In this document: in pieces, positions 1 through 8,544 of the stretch
Numbering within the stretch: the stretch's first letter is position 1
Layout of the letters: each line of letters begins with the position of its first letter
Origin: a virus
IMG/VR virus record: IMGVR_UViG_3300042691_044733
Coordinates: 32,001 to 96,000 of that record
Length of the DNA stretch: 64,000 nucleotides
Strand: one strand, 5' to 3'
Made by a program: the position numbers and the translations under genes
The notes under the pieces: generated by a model
The model's input: the letters and a program-made list of their open reading frames with translations, nothing else
Databases searched by the model: none
What the model was told of the DNA's origin: nothing

Positions 1-31
1 CTAGAAGAGCATATAATAAATATCTGAAAGC

Positions 32-427
32 ATGATTAATTTTTTATACTTTCAAATATTTGTAGTGATTTCAGCAATGGTGGAGGCATCTTTATTTCAA
101 CAAATAAAGACTTACACTAAGATGAAAATAGATGAACATGTATATCTAACAGCTTTGAGAATATATGTTTATTGTATCTGTTTTCAACCACATTTTAAAC
201 TAGCAATAGTTTATCTAATTCCTTCATTATTAATGTTTTCCTTTGTTCATAATAGTATTTATTATGAAACAAGAAAGTACTTAAGCAATGGAAAAGTGTA
301 TCCCGAAGGATACAAAAGTACAAGTACTACCACAGATGCAAAAATCAGTTTTAATTTTAAAACCAGATCTTTGTTATTTATTGGAGGACTTATTTTAATC
401 ACATTAATCAATTATTTTTACCAATAA
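32..427 (+). CDS. small membrane protein, hypothetical
   Basis: 131-aa ORF with several hydrophobic stretches (FLYFQIFVVISAMV, LAIVYLIPSLLMFSFV, LLFIGGLILITLI). Confidence 0.6.
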   Translation: MINFLYFQIFVVISAMVEASLFQQIKTYTKMKIDEHVYLTALRIYVYCICFQPHFKLAIVYLIPSLLMFSFVHNSIYYETRKYLSNGKVYPEGYKSTSTTTDAKISFNFKTRSLLFIGGLILITLINYFYQ

Positions 428-711
428 TTTTTCATTTTTATTCAAATGCTACTGAAAGCAACAGAATTTCATTAGCAGCTCAACATCAGGATGGTGTTTT
501 AAAAATTGCGTATGCAAGATGCAGTAAAAAAGATGCTTTTAACCGTAAAAACGGTAGAAAAATTGCAGAAGGAAGACTTTCTAAAGGAAAGTGCTTTAAA
601 ACTATTGCAGTTGATTCTTTTACAGGTTCTGAATTTATTGAAATTGCAGAAAAAACCTGTAGAGAAATTAACCAATCTTACAGAAAAAAAAGTCTTAGTG
701 GTTACAGGTAG
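424..711 (+). CDS. phage hypothetical protein (ARCSxxDxFxRKxGRxIAxxR motif), non-ATG start
   Basis: Hand-translated frame missed by the ORF track: IIFHFYSNATESNRISLAAQHQDGVLKIAYARCSKKDAFNRKNGRKIAEGRL...SGYR*. The ATA at 424 overlaps the upstream TAA (425-427). Confidence 0.6.
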   Translation: MIFHFYSNATESNRISLAAQHQDGVLKIAYARCSKKDAFNRKNGRKIAEGRLSKGKCFKTIAVDSFTGSEFIEIAEKTCREINQSYRKKSLSGYR

Positions 712-751
712 TGTGAAAGTTGTTTAAACGTAAACAAAGTTCACCGTGAAA

Positions 752-786
752 AATAATGGGGTATTGCTACCCCATTATTGTTTTTT
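752..786. terminator. intrinsic terminator, possibly bidirectional
   Basis: Perfect 12-bp stem AATAATGGGGTA/TACCCCATTATT, loop TTGC, T-run after and A-run before. Confidence 0.75.
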
Positions 787-802
787 AAAAAAAATTAAAA
801 CA

Positions 803-1573
803 ATGAAAGAAAATTTTAAAGAAGAAATAATGATAGCATTGACAAACTGCCCTGCTAATGAAGTATCACGTAAAGCATTTTTATGGGCAGCTTCTAATCT
901 TCCTGATGAAGGTGGAGTTGGTTCTTTCTCTACTGGATTTAAAGATATTGATCATGAAAAAGATTCTGTTGAAAAAGCTTTTGGTTTAAATGATAAAGTT
1001 TCAGAAGAATTAAATAATTCTTTCAATAAACTTTGTAAAGAACTTCAAAAAAAGGAAGAAAAATTAAAAACTTCTCAAGTAATTGAGAAATTTCTTAACA
1101 TTCACCCTTTTGCATATAAATTGTTTTTGGTTAGAGGTGCAATGGAAGTTCTTAGTGAACTAAAAGAAGATTCTCATAACAACGAATTAAATGAAATTGA
1201 AGACGGTATCAAAAAAGCTTTAGAACAAGCTGGTATTGATATTAGTAATGTCAAAATTGAAAGAAAAGTTATTGAAACAGATACTCAAGAAGAATATGAA
1301 CTCATAAAACAAATGCTTATTGAGAAAAATGAATTGAGTCAAATGAAGAAAAAAATGGAAGGTCTTCGTGATTCTATCGCAGATGGAAAAATTTCTCAAG
1401 AGAAAAAAGAATTTACAAGAAAAGAAGCAGGTTTAGTTGTAGAAAAGCTTGAAAAAATGCTAAGTATTGCAAAGAAATTAAATGCAAGAAAAACTCCAGG
1501 GTTTTCTGACAACGATATTACTAGAATGGAATCAGATTTAAAAATATTAAAACTTATTTACGAAAATTTATGA
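803..1573 (+). CDS. hypothetical protein, Glu/Lys-rich helical
   Basis: ORF 746..1573. The likely start is the ATG at 803, downstream of the terminator. ATGA overlap with the next gene. Confidence 0.7.
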   Translation: MKENFKEEIMIALTNCPANEVSRKAFLWAASNLPDEGGVGSFSTGFKDIDHEKDSVEKAFGLNDKVSEELNNSFNKLCKELQKKEEKLKTSQVIEKFLNIHPFAYKLFLVRGAMEVLSELKEDSHNNELNEIEDGIKKALEQAGIDISNVKIERKVIETDTQEEYELIKQMLIEKNELSQMKKKMEGLRDSIADGKISQEKKEFTRKEAGLVVEKLEKMLSIAKKLNARKTPGFSDNDITRMESDLKILKLIYENL

Positions 1574-2433
1574 TACTAAGTGATGATAAAAAGATAGATC
1601 TTGAATATATCAAATATCTTTACAATAATCCTGCTAACTGTGTTTCCAGCATGTTAATATTTGGTGAACCTGGAGCGGGTAAGACAAGTTTTGCTAAGTA
1701 CGTTGCTAAAGAATTAAACACTCATTTTATATTTGGTCCATGTTATGATGGTATGGGTGCAGATAAAATGGTTTATGACTGGGATTTGGGTACTTTAGCT
1801 GATGCTATGACAACTGAAGGTGTAAGTGGTAGAGAAGCATTAAAAGATGGTTATTTAATGCAGGCTTTGAAAAAATCAAATGAACAAAAAGTTTTACTTC
1901 TTATTGATGAGATTGATAAAGCAAAACCATCTGTTGATACTTTTTTGTTAAGCTATTTACAAGAATGTATGCTGAATGATCCTATAGCGGGGGTAATTCA
2001 TGGTAAAAAAGAGAATCTTTTTATTATTTTCACAAGTAACAAAAGAAGAGATCTTGAAGATGCTTTGGATAGAAGGTTTACTATGATCAGAGAATTTACT
2101 TTTCCTGAAAAGAATGAACTCATTCAACAAGTTAAAATGATGATTAATATTCCTTATAATGAAACTAAATTTCATTTTCTCATTGACCTCTTTTTGACTT
2201 ATAGAAGTTTAAAAGTAAATAAGAAACCATCTCAAAATCAGATTGCTGACCTTATACATGAATTGTATAATATTGGTAATTTGAGAATTGGAAGAATAAC
2301 TTCAAACAGAGCAAAATTCAGAGCATTACTTTGGAAATTATCCCAAGAAGAATCTGATCACAAAGTGTTTGTAGCTCACTGTAAAAAAATATATAAAGAC
2401 GTTTTTGAAAGCTACATTGGAAGTATGATTTAA
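1570..2433 (+). CDS. MoxR-like AAA+ ATPase (module 1)
   Basis: Walker A GEPGAGKT, Walker B LLLIDEIDK, sensor TSN, Arg finger ALDRR. Confidence 0.85.
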   Translation: MILSDDKKIDLEYIKYLYNNPANCVSSMLIFGEPGAGKTSFAKYVAKELNTHFIFGPCYDGMGADKMVYDWDLGTLADAMTTEGVSGREALKDGYLMQALKKSNEQKVLLLIDEIDKAKPSVDTFLLSYLQECMLNDPIAGVIHGKKENLFIIFTSNKRRDLEDALDRRFTMIREFTFPEKNELIQQVKMMINIPYNETKFHFLIDLFLTYRSLKVNKKPSQNQIADLIHELYNIGNLRIGRITSNRAKFRALLWKLSQEESDHKVFVAHCKKIYKDVFESYIGSMI

Positions 2434-2441
2434 AAAAATTT

Positions 2442-3329
2442 ATGATTCATTTTAGACAAGATAAGCTTTTTGAAGATTACTTCGAGAAAAATAAATTTAT
2501 AGAACATACATACAAAGATAAGAAATTAACAATAAGTAAAGAAAATATAAACTCTATACCAAAAGAGTTTGTACAAAGTTTAGCAACAAGATTGGCAAAA
2601 AGTAATAGTAGCAGTTCTAAAATGGTTCCAGGCAAAGGAAATGGGGATAAAAAACCTGTACAATTTGATATGGCCCCTGATGGAAAAGATAGTGAAATCG
2701 GCAAAAACAAAGGTGGTAAAGTTAAAAGAGCTGAAGATAAAGTTGATAACACAATAGATAAGAAAGAATTTGTTAAAAAACAGGTTTTAAGACTTTCTAC
2801 AACAACTCATCTTTTTGAAGATAAGCTGGATTATCCTAAAGTATTCAAAGCTTTATTAACTGAACCACATAATGCTCTAGACTACAGAAGAAAAACAGAA
2901 GAAGATATTATTCAGTCTATCTTTGTAATTGATCCTGCAATAGGATATAATAATAATGATAAAGGATTTCATAAAACATTAATAACTGTCTGTAAAGAAA
3001 TTAAAGGTGTTGATGTTTTGGAGTTAACTTCTTTAACTGATTATTCTAGCGGAGAGTATTACTTAAACAAATTAGATCAAATAATGAAAAAAAATAAAGG
3101 TAATATTTATGTTTTTTCACAAGGTTGTGGGGGAAGTCCTCCAGATGTGCCATTTGATCTTAAAAAAGTTATTGGGACAAGAAAATTAACATTTTGCACA
3201 TGTTTTAAACATGGTGAAACTTGTGGATGTGATATTATACCTTCCCACGAACGTTTGCAAAAAGTTAATAAAAGCATGAAAATTTATTATAGCATTGATA
3301 GTTATAATAAACTTTCTTTATTAGAGTAG
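2442..3329 (+). CDS. probable degenerate vWA-like partner of the MoxR AAA+, Cys-rich C-terminus
   Basis: Directly follows the AAA+ gene. Low-complexity linker, then LDYPKVFKAL, IFVIDPAIG and IYVFSQG at the expected vWA strand positions, then CTCFKHGETCGC. Confidence 0.45.
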   Translation: MIHFRQDKLFEDYFEKNKFIEHTYKDKKLTISKENINSIPKEFVQSLATRLAKSNSSSSKMVPGKGNGDKKPVQFDMAPDGKDSEIGKNKGGKVKRAEDKVDNTIDKKEFVKKQVLRLSTTTHLFEDKLDYPKVFKALLTEPHNALDYRRKTEEDIIQSIFVIDPAIGYNNNDKGFHKTLITVCKEIKGVDVLELTSLTDYSSGEYYLNKLDQIMKKNKGNIYVFSQGCGGSPPDVPFDLKKVIGTRKLTFCTCFKHGETCGCDIIPSHERLQKVNKSMKIYYSIDSYNKLSLLE

Positions 3330-3338
3330 AAAAAATGG

Positions 3339-3373
3339 TTTGGATCCTTTTTAAATCTAATTATTTAAATTCG
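3339..3373 (+). promoter_or_regulatory. possible Bacteroidota-type promoter upstream of the candidate ncRNA
   Basis: TTTG (3339-3342) and TAAATTCG (3366-3373), one mismatch to TAnnTTTG. The 23-nt spacing is slightly long. Confidence 0.35.
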
Positions 3374-3378
3374 TAAAT

Positions 3379-3897
3379 GCTTACCACGCGAGTTTAAACA
3401 AAACATACACTAAGTTTAAAGATCTGATAAAGTATTCAATGTACGTTTACTTCGGGTAAACCTCTGGCAGTTGATTTATTGGTGAAATAAATTGATTACT
3501 ATCTAAAATAAGTTTTTGATGTTGGAATATACTGATAGAACTTAGAGAGTTATGGAAGCAACAATAAGATTTTGGTTTTTTTAAAGTTATTTGTGAAAAT
3601 ACTTTGGAAGAATATTGAGGAATTGTTGAATAAGTGAATTATTTAGTAAGAGTGTGAAGAAATTCAATTTTGTTTTTACAAGGTGATGAAAAGTCTCTTT
3701 ACGGATATTAAATAAGGATTTAAAAGTGACTAAAAACTATGCTCTGAAATGGGTATAGAAGTGGCAAGATTGCACCACAAATTACCTTTTTCGTATTATA
3801 GAAAGGTAAGATCTTAGTAAAGGTCCAAACTTAAAAGTGATTAAAAAGTATTGTGAGGAGGAAGTTCAGAAATGAATATTTCTCCTCACATATTTTT
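3379..3897 (+). ncRNA. candidate large structured ncRNA (~520 nt, family unassigned)
   Basis: ORF-free gap with more than 10 nested helices found by hand, many G-U pairs, GAAA/GTGA/TTCG loops and a terminal hairpin with T-run. Confidence 0.7.
3852..3897 (+). terminator. terminal hairpin / intrinsic terminator
   Basis: TGTGAGGAG (3852-3860) pairs with CTCCTCACA (3882-3890), inner GTTCA-GAAA-TGAAT, followed by TATTTTT. Confidence 0.65.
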
Positions 3898-3913
3898 ATT
3901 TAAAAAATCAATT

Positions 3914-4060
3914 ATGTACCAAATTTGCGCATTAAAGGATGAAAAAATTTTATATGAGGGGGATGTTGATCAATGCTGGAAATTTGTACAAAGCAATAAA
4001 GATTTAAAATATTTTATTGTTAGAGAAGCTGCAATAAAAGAATCTAGAATTACAAGATGA
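3914..4060 (+). CDS. small hypothetical protein (48 aa)
   Basis: MYQICALKDEK... from the ATG at 3914 after an A-rich leader. The annotated 3872 start lies inside the hairpin. Confidence 0.45.
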   Translation: MYQICALKDEKILYEGDVDQCWKFVQSNKDLKYFIVREAAIKESRITR

Positions 4061-4964
4061 TATTGTCAACTTTAGTTTTATTTTTTTCTGTAGTTACAAT
4101 GGCAAATCCATTAACCCAATTGTTAAACGGTAGATAGTTTGGTGACAAATCACATAAACAACCTACACTATAACAGTTTATACTTTTACCTGTAATATCT
4201 TTGAGTTTGTAAGAAGACTCTCTATGAAAATGTCCACATAAAACACTATGTTTTGTTTTATTGTAAATATTTTTTGCGGGGTTATCTCCACCAGACCCAG
4301 GATATTCATGTCCATGTAAGATAATTAAATCTTCAATTTTTACAGGAGTATATTTATTAATCTTAATAATATTGAATTTTTCAAAATCTAAAAGATTTTC
4401 AATCTTTAGTACATCCAAATCTTCAAGTTCTTTAGCTTTAGATTGAATGTATTTTTCTAATCTTATTTCATGATTTCCAAGTTTGAAATAGATAGGAATA
4501 TTTGGAAATAACTTTCTAAGATCTTTGAAAAACTTCTTTGTAATCTGTACTTCAGTATTCAAAGAAGGTTTATTTTTTTCTTTTACATGTACACTTAACT
4601 GATAAAAATCAAGTACATCACCATTTAGTAGTATTGCTGTTACTTTCTCATCTATACACTTTTGTATTGCTTTAGATAAAGCTTTTTTATTGTGATATGG
4701 AAAATGAATATCATTTAATATTGCTAATTTTGCTGTTTTGATTTCATAAATGCTGTTATCTTCTTTTTTACCATCTGGGATTGATAAGATTTTCTTTTCC
4801 TTACCTGGTAAATTTAAAAAAGATCTCAAATAAGATCTTGCGTGTTCAGTTCCTGTAAAGGTTTTAGGATTTTCTAAAAATAGTTTTCTTGATAAAGAAG
4901 CTAAAGATTCATTTGGATCTGCTGTTTTTAGAAATTTTTCAACTACATTGTAATTTTTATTCAT
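4050..4964 (-). CDS. calcineurin-like metallophosphoesterase
   Basis: Motifs DIH, NGD, GNHE, HGH, GHFH. Confidence 0.85.
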   Translation of the reverse strand: MNKNYNVVEKFLKTADPNESLASLSRKLFLENPKTFTGTEHARSYLRSFLNLPGKEKKILSIPDGKKEDNSIYEIKTAKLAILNDIHFPYHNKKALSKAIQKCIDEKVTAILLNGDVLDFYQLSVHVKEKNKPSLNTEVQITKKFFKDLRKLFPNIPIYFKLGNHEIRLEKYIQSKAKELEDLDVLKIENLLDFEKFNIIKINKYTPVKIEDLIILHGHEYPGSGGDNPAKNIYNKTKHSVLCGHFHRESSYKLKDITGKSINCYSVGCLCDLSPNYLPFNNWVNGFAIVTTEKNKTKVDNIIL

Positions 4965-4981
4965 TTTTTAAAAAATGTTTC

Positions 4982-4999
4982 TATATTTGTACAAATATA
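4982..4999. promoter_or_regulatory. palindromic pair of TAnnTTTG promoter elements between divergent genes
   Basis: Perfect 18-bp palindrome TATATTTGTACAAATATA, which gives TATATTTG on each strand. Confidence 0.55.
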
Positions 5000-5009
5000 C
5001 AAAATTTTT

Positions 5010-5249
5010 ATGTTATACCAATTACCTACAGGAAAAGTTATAAATATTTCAATTGATGACTATTTAAAGCTTACTGAATTAGACATTCAACATCTTATTA
5101 GCATTGATGCAGGATTTTATTCAAATTCTCCTTTTTTAGGTTCATCACTTGATAATGATTTTGATGAAATTATTGAAGAAGACCCTGATTCAAATGAAGA
5201 CCTTGACTTAGACATTGATTACGAATTATTTAATCCTTATGACCCATGA
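5010..5249 (+). CDS. small protein with acidic C-terminus
   Basis: 79-aa ORF with Asp/Glu-rich tail. ATGA overlap with the next gene. Confidence 0.7.
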   Translation: MLYQLPTGKVINISIDDYLKLTELDIQHLISIDAGFYSNSPFLGSSLDNDFDEIIEEDPDSNEDLDLDIDYELFNPYDP

Positions 5250-5701
5250 AAACAGAACAAATCATTTATCAAGGAAATTTAAAAAACTATCAAATTTTTA
5301 AGAACACCAATCCAATAAGTTATGAAAAAGACATTTTCAACGAAAAACAAAATTTCTTTTATAAAAGAGCCTTGTATGGTTTAAAATCATATGCGCCTGA
5401 AGAATGGGAAAAGATTCCTGGTGTAAAGAAAAAAAGAATTATCAAAGTAAACAAACGTGCACAAGAGATTCTTAATATCTGGAAACAGGAATTAGTGAAT
5501 GAAAAATACAATTCTTTATTGAAATCTGTATTTTTCCATAGTAAATTAATTAATGATTTTATTTCAGAATTTGGAAAAGAAACAGATCCAGAGTATATTT
5601 GTACTGTAAGTTTCAAAGAACTTAATTTGACTAAAAAAGATATAGCTCAAAAATTAGTATCTGAGAAAGTATTACCAGTAAATTTTTTTGAATTAAAGTA
5701 G
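5246..5701 (+). CDS. hypothetical protein
   Basis: 151-aa ORF in a tightly packed operon. Confidence 0.7.
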   Translation: MKTEQIIYQGNLKNYQIFKNTNPISYEKDIFNEKQNFFYKRALYGLKSYAPEEWEKIPGVKKKRIIKVNKRAQEILNIWKQELVNEKYNSLLKSVFFHSKLINDFISEFGKETDPEYICTVSFKELNLTKKDIAQKLVSEKVLPVNFFELK

Positions 5702-5704
5702 AAT

Positions 5705-6028
5705 ATGGGACAGTTCCACAATCTTGATAATGAAGATGTTATCTTTGTTTATTTATCAAACGAAAGATTTCTTGAAGAGTATGAATTACTTTTTGAAGCA
5801 AAATCAGTTGATAAAATCTCTTCTGTGAATAATGATACAGTAATGTTTTCATCAATTACATTTTCAGATGAAGAGATAGAAGAAATAAAAAATAGAGATC
5901 ATTACAAGTATTGTATGTCTGTCAGAAATAAACTTGGTCCCATTGTTGAAATAATTAAAGAAACTCTTCCAGATATTTATGATAAAGTCTATAAAACAAT
6001 GACACAATCTAATGAAGACGTACTGTAA
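5705..6028 (+). CDS. hypothetical protein (acidic)
   Basis: 107-aa ORF in the operon. Confidence 0.65.
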   Translation: MGQFHNLDNEDVIFVYLSNERFLEEYELLFEAKSVDKISSVNNDTVMFSSITFSDEEIEEIKNRDHYKYCMSVRNKLGPIVEIIKETLPDIYDKVYKTMTQSNEDVL

Positions 6029-6368
6029 TTGCGGTTCTTCTAAAATTTGGAAAAATGTTGAAGGAAAAAAATACTGTAAAGTTTGTTGTTCTAAACTTGG
6101 ATTTTTCAAAAAGTTGAAAAAAGTTTCAAGTAAACAAAAAGAAATCAATAAAGAATACAGTGTTAATAGAAGGAACTTCTTAGAAGAGAATCCTTATTGT
6201 CAAGCTAAATTACCTGGTTGCACAATCTATGCAACAGATATTCATCACAAAGAAGGTAGGGGAAATAACACAAATGAAGTAAATACTTTTATGGGTTTAT
6301 GCAGAGCATGCCATGAGTATATTCATTCTAATCCTATTCAAGCAAGAGAATTAGGTTATTTAAAATAA
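6012..6368 (+). CDS. HNH endonuclease with N-terminal Cys cluster
   Basis: CQAKLPGC...DIHHKEGRG...LCRACHEYIH. N-terminal CNC...CKVCC. Confidence 0.8.
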   Translation: MKTYCNCGSSKIWKNVEGKKYCKVCCSKLGFFKKLKKVSSKQKEINKEYSVNRRNFLEENPYCQAKLPGCTIYATDIHHKEGRGNNTNEVNTFMGLCRACHEYIHSNPIQARELGYLK

Positions 6369-6369
6369 T

Positions 6370-7449
6370 ATGACAAAAGATGAAATACAGGATGAATGTT
6401 TAAAAACTCTTATTCCTCTAAAAAATGGTACTTCTGTATTAAGTGTTGGTGTTGGTAAAACTAGAATTGCTTTAAGGCACATTGATTATCTTTTTCAAAA
6501 AGGCTTGATAAAAACAGTTTTAGTTGTTATTCCAAAAATATCTACGATTAAAACCTGGAAAGATGAAATTGCTTTAACAAGTTTAAATCATTTAAATGAT
6601 ATTATTACTTACACTACATACAGAAGTTTAAACAAACAAAGTAAAGATTACTCTATTGTATATTTTGATGAAATTCATAATATTTTAAAAACTCACAATG
6701 TTTATCTAAAGGATTATCAAGGTTATGTATTTGGTTTAACTGGTACTTTACCAATTTACAAATCAAATATTAAACGAAAAATGATTGATTATTATGCTCC
6801 TGTTGTGTTTAAATGTACAATAAAAGAAGCTGTTGATAATAAAATCATTAATGATGTAGATATCATTATTCACTACATACCATTATCTGATAAAAAAGAT
6901 GTCAAAATAACTACTGCTAAATCAGAGTTTTTTGTTAGTGAATTGGATAATTACAATTATATCTGCAAACAGATAGAAAATAATCCAGAAAAAGAGTTCT
7001 TGAAAATTATGAGAACTAAAATTTTACAAGAGTATAAATCTAAAGTTGATTTTATCAAAAAATTAAAAACTGAGATAACTGAAAAGTGTTTAATTTTTGT
7101 TAATTCAAAAATTCAAGCACAAGAAGTTTGTTCTCATTCTTATTTTTCTGGAAATGAACTTAGTGATGAAAATTTACTTAAGTTTAAAAAAGGTATAATC
7201 AAACAAATGAGTTGTATTTTGCAACTCAGTGAAGGAATTAACATTCCTGATTTAAGATGTGGAATTATTTCACATTCTTTTGGAAATGAGTTCAAATTAA
7301 ACCAACGTATCGGTAGGTTGTGTAGACTTAATCCAGACCAACTCTCTACAGTTCATATATTATGCTATAAAGGCACTATTGATGAAACATGGGTTGAAGA
7401 ATCTTTAAAAGATTTAAATCACAAAAAAATTAAAAAATTTTATTACTAA
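6370..7449 (+). CDS. superfamily 2 (DExH) helicase
   Basis: GVGKT, DEIH, TGT, EGINIP, QRIGRLCR. Confidence 0.85.
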   Translation: MTKDEIQDECLKTLIPLKNGTSVLSVGVGKTRIALRHIDYLFQKGLIKTVLVVIPKISTIKTWKDEIALTSLNHLNDIITYTTYRSLNKQSKDYSIVYFDEIHNILKTHNVYLKDYQGYVFGLTGTLPIYKSNIKRKMIDYYAPVVFKCTIKEAVDNKIINDVDIIIHYIPLSDKKDVKITTAKSEFFVSELDNYNYICKQIENNPEKEFLKIMRTKILQEYKSKVDFIKKLKTEITEKCLIFVNSKIQAQEVCSHSYFSGNELSDENLLKFKKGIIKQMSCILQLSEGINIPDLRCGIISHSFGNEFKLNQRIGRLCRLNPDQLSTVHILCYKGTIDETWVEESLKDLNHKKIKKFYY

Positions 7450-7456
7450 GAAAATT

Positions 7457-8533
7457 ATGAAAAGTTCATTTGAAAAAGCTACGGAAAGTGAAATGGCAGC
7501 TAAAATGGCAGATACATCACCTGTAATTACTGAGCATGAAATCTCTGTGAGTAATATTGAAGATCTTACGACATACGGAAAAGAATCAATTATCTCTAAA
7601 CTTATCGGAGATGTTGCTGCAAAAGCTGCAAAAGAAGTTGCTTCAAAGGTTGTTGTAAAAACACCATTGGAAACACTTATAGATGATACAAAAGAGGATT
7701 ACATTACTCTAAAAGACAAATTTTTTGTCCAAAAAGCAGATTTTAAATTTCTGTGTGATGCAATTTCTGAAAAAATCAATGTTTTGATTTTTGGTGATAC
7801 TGGTGCTGGTAAAACTGAAATGATCAAATATGTTGGAGATTTTTTAAGTCTTCCTGTTTCTTTCTTTGATATGGGTGCTATGACAGACCCAATTTTGGGT
7901 TTGATTGGAACTCACGTTATCAAAACTGAAGATGGAAAAGCTATAAGTAAATTCTTTCCTTCAAGATTCAGTGAAGTTATTCAACGTCCTGGTATTGTTG
8001 TATTGGATGAGATCAACAGAAATACCCCTATGAGTAATAACCTGTTGTTTCCTTGTTTAGATTTCAGAAGAACTCTGTCAATGGAATATTCTTTTGATAG
8101 CATGGAACCTATTAATATACATCCTGATTGTATATTTGTTGCTACAGCAAATGTAGGTAATTCTTATTCTGGTACTAGCAAAATTGACAGAGCATTGCTT
8201 GACAGGTTTATGTGTATGACTATTGAAAATCTTGATCAGGAAAGAATTACTAAAATTGTCAAAGTAAACTATCCTGACTTGGGTGAAACTACTAGATCTA
8301 TTATTGTAGATGTTTACACTAAAATCAATAAAGCAAATGATGAATTTACAATTGATTTCAGATTGTCACCAAGACATATTCACAACATCTGTAAATTGGT
8401 TTCTAAAGGGAACACAATCTTTGATGCTTACTACATTATAACTAATGGTTTAGGCTCTAAAGCAGGTACAGAATTTATAAAAACAATTACAGGTTTGACA
8501 AAATCAAAATCATTGATTTCAAAAGAAGCTTAA
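7457..8533 (+). CDS. MoxR/CobS-like AAA+ ATPase (module 2)
   Basis: GDTGAGKT, VVLDEINR, ATAN, DRALLDRF. Confidence 0.85.
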   Translation: MKSSFEKATESEMAAKMADTSPVITEHEISVSNIEDLTTYGKESIISKLIGDVAAKAAKEVASKVVVKTPLETLIDDTKEDYITLKDKFFVQKADFKFLCDAISEKINVLIFGDTGAGKTEMIKYVGDFLSLPVSFFDMGAMTDPILGLIGTHVIKTEDGKAISKFFPSRFSEVIQRPGIVVLDEINRNTPMSNNLLFPCLDFRRTLSMEYSFDSMEPINIHPDCIFVATANVGNSYSGTSKIDRALLDRFMCMTIENLDQERITKIVKVNYPDLGETTRSIIVDVYTKINKANDEFTIDFRLSPRHIHNICKLVSKGNTIFDAYYIITNGLGSKAGTEFIKTITGLTKSKSLISKEA

Positions 8534-8544
8534 AAAATTAAATA

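Noticed and set aside
506-727. 73-aa + strand ORF from the track
   Set aside because: Leu/Lys-rich shadow translation. The overlapping frame 424-711 has the protein-like motif.
746-802. N-terminal extension of the 275-aa ORF, and likewise 3872-3913 of the 62-aa ORF
   Set aside because: Both run through terminator hairpins. Downstream ATGs with A-rich leaders are better starts.
3379-3897. Identification of the RNA as tRNA cluster, tmRNA, RNase P, hammerhead or group I/II intron
   Set aside because: No cloverleaf/T-loop, tRNA-like ends, intact CUGAUGA core or intron boundary motifs were recognised, and it does not interrupt a gene.
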